Positions 59,929 to 60,910 of a stretch of 60,910 bases of DNA are shown piece by piece. How positions within the stretch are numbered: the first letter of the stretch is position 1; every line of letters begins with the position of its first letter. The position numbers and the translations under genes are program-made. The notes beneath the pieces are model-generated. The model was not told the DNA's origin and made no database searches. It worked only from the letters and a program-made list of their open reading frames with translations. This DNA comes from Candidatus Omnitrophota bacterium (GTDB taxonomy: Bacteria; Omnitrophota; Gorgyraeia; Zapsychrales; Zapsychraceae). The stretch lies in NCBI GenBank assembly GCA_021108075.1, contig JAIORP010000096.1, positions 1 through 60,910 of the forward strand, read 5' to 3'.

Positions 59929-60456
59929 ATGACATTAAAAAATATTATCCTGAATGTTTTCTGGGAGGACGTCAAAGAGTCCATCCTGAAGTATTTCCCG
60001 GACGAGAAGAAATCTATTGTCGGGTTTGTCGATGTTTTTCATGTGCTCCGGTTTCTTCCGTCAAAGATCTCCCCTGTGCGCATTTGTATTGAGGTCACGA
60101 TGGATGAAACGGATCATTATGCCGTTCATGTTTACGGAAAAAATGGAAGCAAAACTCCGCATCATTCAGACCAATGCTGGCATTTAGATTATGTGGACTG
60201 GGAAGAGATTCTGGGTATGGTCATTGACCCGGAAACAAAACAAAAATTTTCGGACGCGGACATTGTGGCTTTGTGTCTCTGGGAGATCACCTTTTATGGA
60301 TATGATCAAGAAAGCATACAGCAAAAATACCAGGAACTCAAGAAGATGAACGATCAGATCCGTGATATGTCCCCGGAAGCCCTGTCAACGTTTGTCGAAT
60401 CGCTGGACATCATTCGAGAACCTGAAGAAAATCCTCCAGGTGAGGACCCGCGATAA
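59929..60456 (+). CDS. Hypothetical protein (DUF6557-like)
   Basis: WEEILGM...IVALCLWEITFYGYDQ motif. Confidence 0.7.
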   Translation: MTLKNIILNVFWEDVKESILKYFPDEKKSIVGFVDVFHVLRFLPSKISPVRICIEVTMDETDHYAVHVYGKNGSKTPHHSDQCWHLDYVDWEEILGMVIDPETKQKFSDADIVALCLWEITFYGYDQESIQQKYQELKKMNDQIRDMSPEALSTFVESLDIIREPEENPPGEDPR

Positions 60457-60910
60457 TAGGAATCCTGAGACAAACGTTTTTGATTAAGAATAGATATGAT
60501 GGCCTGTCACAATTCTTTTTAGCCATGACCGAATGAGCCTTCCGGGCGGTCTTTTCCGGGGCCGTGTGAATAATATATCCGGTATTTTTTTCTATTCTGT
60601 GGTATATTAATACAACCTCCGGGGGATAGAACAAGATTATTTTTTGCGGTGCCTACGGATTTATGTCCCGGATGGTGTATTCTCAGTCGATCCGCTATTT
60701 TTATTCTGGTAGGCGCGTTGTTCTTTCGGTCTTATCCGGTGATGATGGCAATGTTTATTAGACGTGTTTTTCTACGCTGTAAAACTCACATGTTTCTGCG
60801 AAGGAGCCACATTTCATCATTAGACTCAATATTGTATGCGAAAAAGATAGACAATTAAGACATCCTATAAAGAGTAAAGAGAAAAAATAGATTATCAAAG
60901 AACAAATTGA

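Overview
Bacterial accessory-rich window, mostly + strand; the gene repertoire is loosely suggestive of a PVC-group/Omnitrophota-like organism (low confidence). No rRNA, tRNA, CRISPR array, transposase or integrase was recognised. In order: (1) menG/ubiE (frameshifted) and menA. (2) Two paralogous polytopic-membrane B12/radical-SAM fusions flanking an NTP-transferase-lipid-kinase fusion. (3) A full-length EF-G fused behind an N-terminal transmembrane anchor, coiled coil and acidic linker. (4) Three copies of a two-gene module (small membrane protein + GT-C-like glycosyltransferase) plus a fourth GT-C gene. (5) An integrase-less integron cassette array (GmrSD-like, RhuM, AlbA fragment, aspartic protease, PEP-CTERM protein) ending in a truncated group IIC intron inserted in the last attC. 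(6) ilvB behind two tandem leader-peptide/terminator units. (7) Two tandem sensor kinases that both lack the phospho-acceptor His. (8) A speE-saccharopine dehydrogenase-like-SET cluster. An 80-bp MITE with TNA target duplications (about 11 near-complete copies plus fragments) and two further small repeat families are scattered through the window. All calls come from reading motifs by eye; no database search was run.
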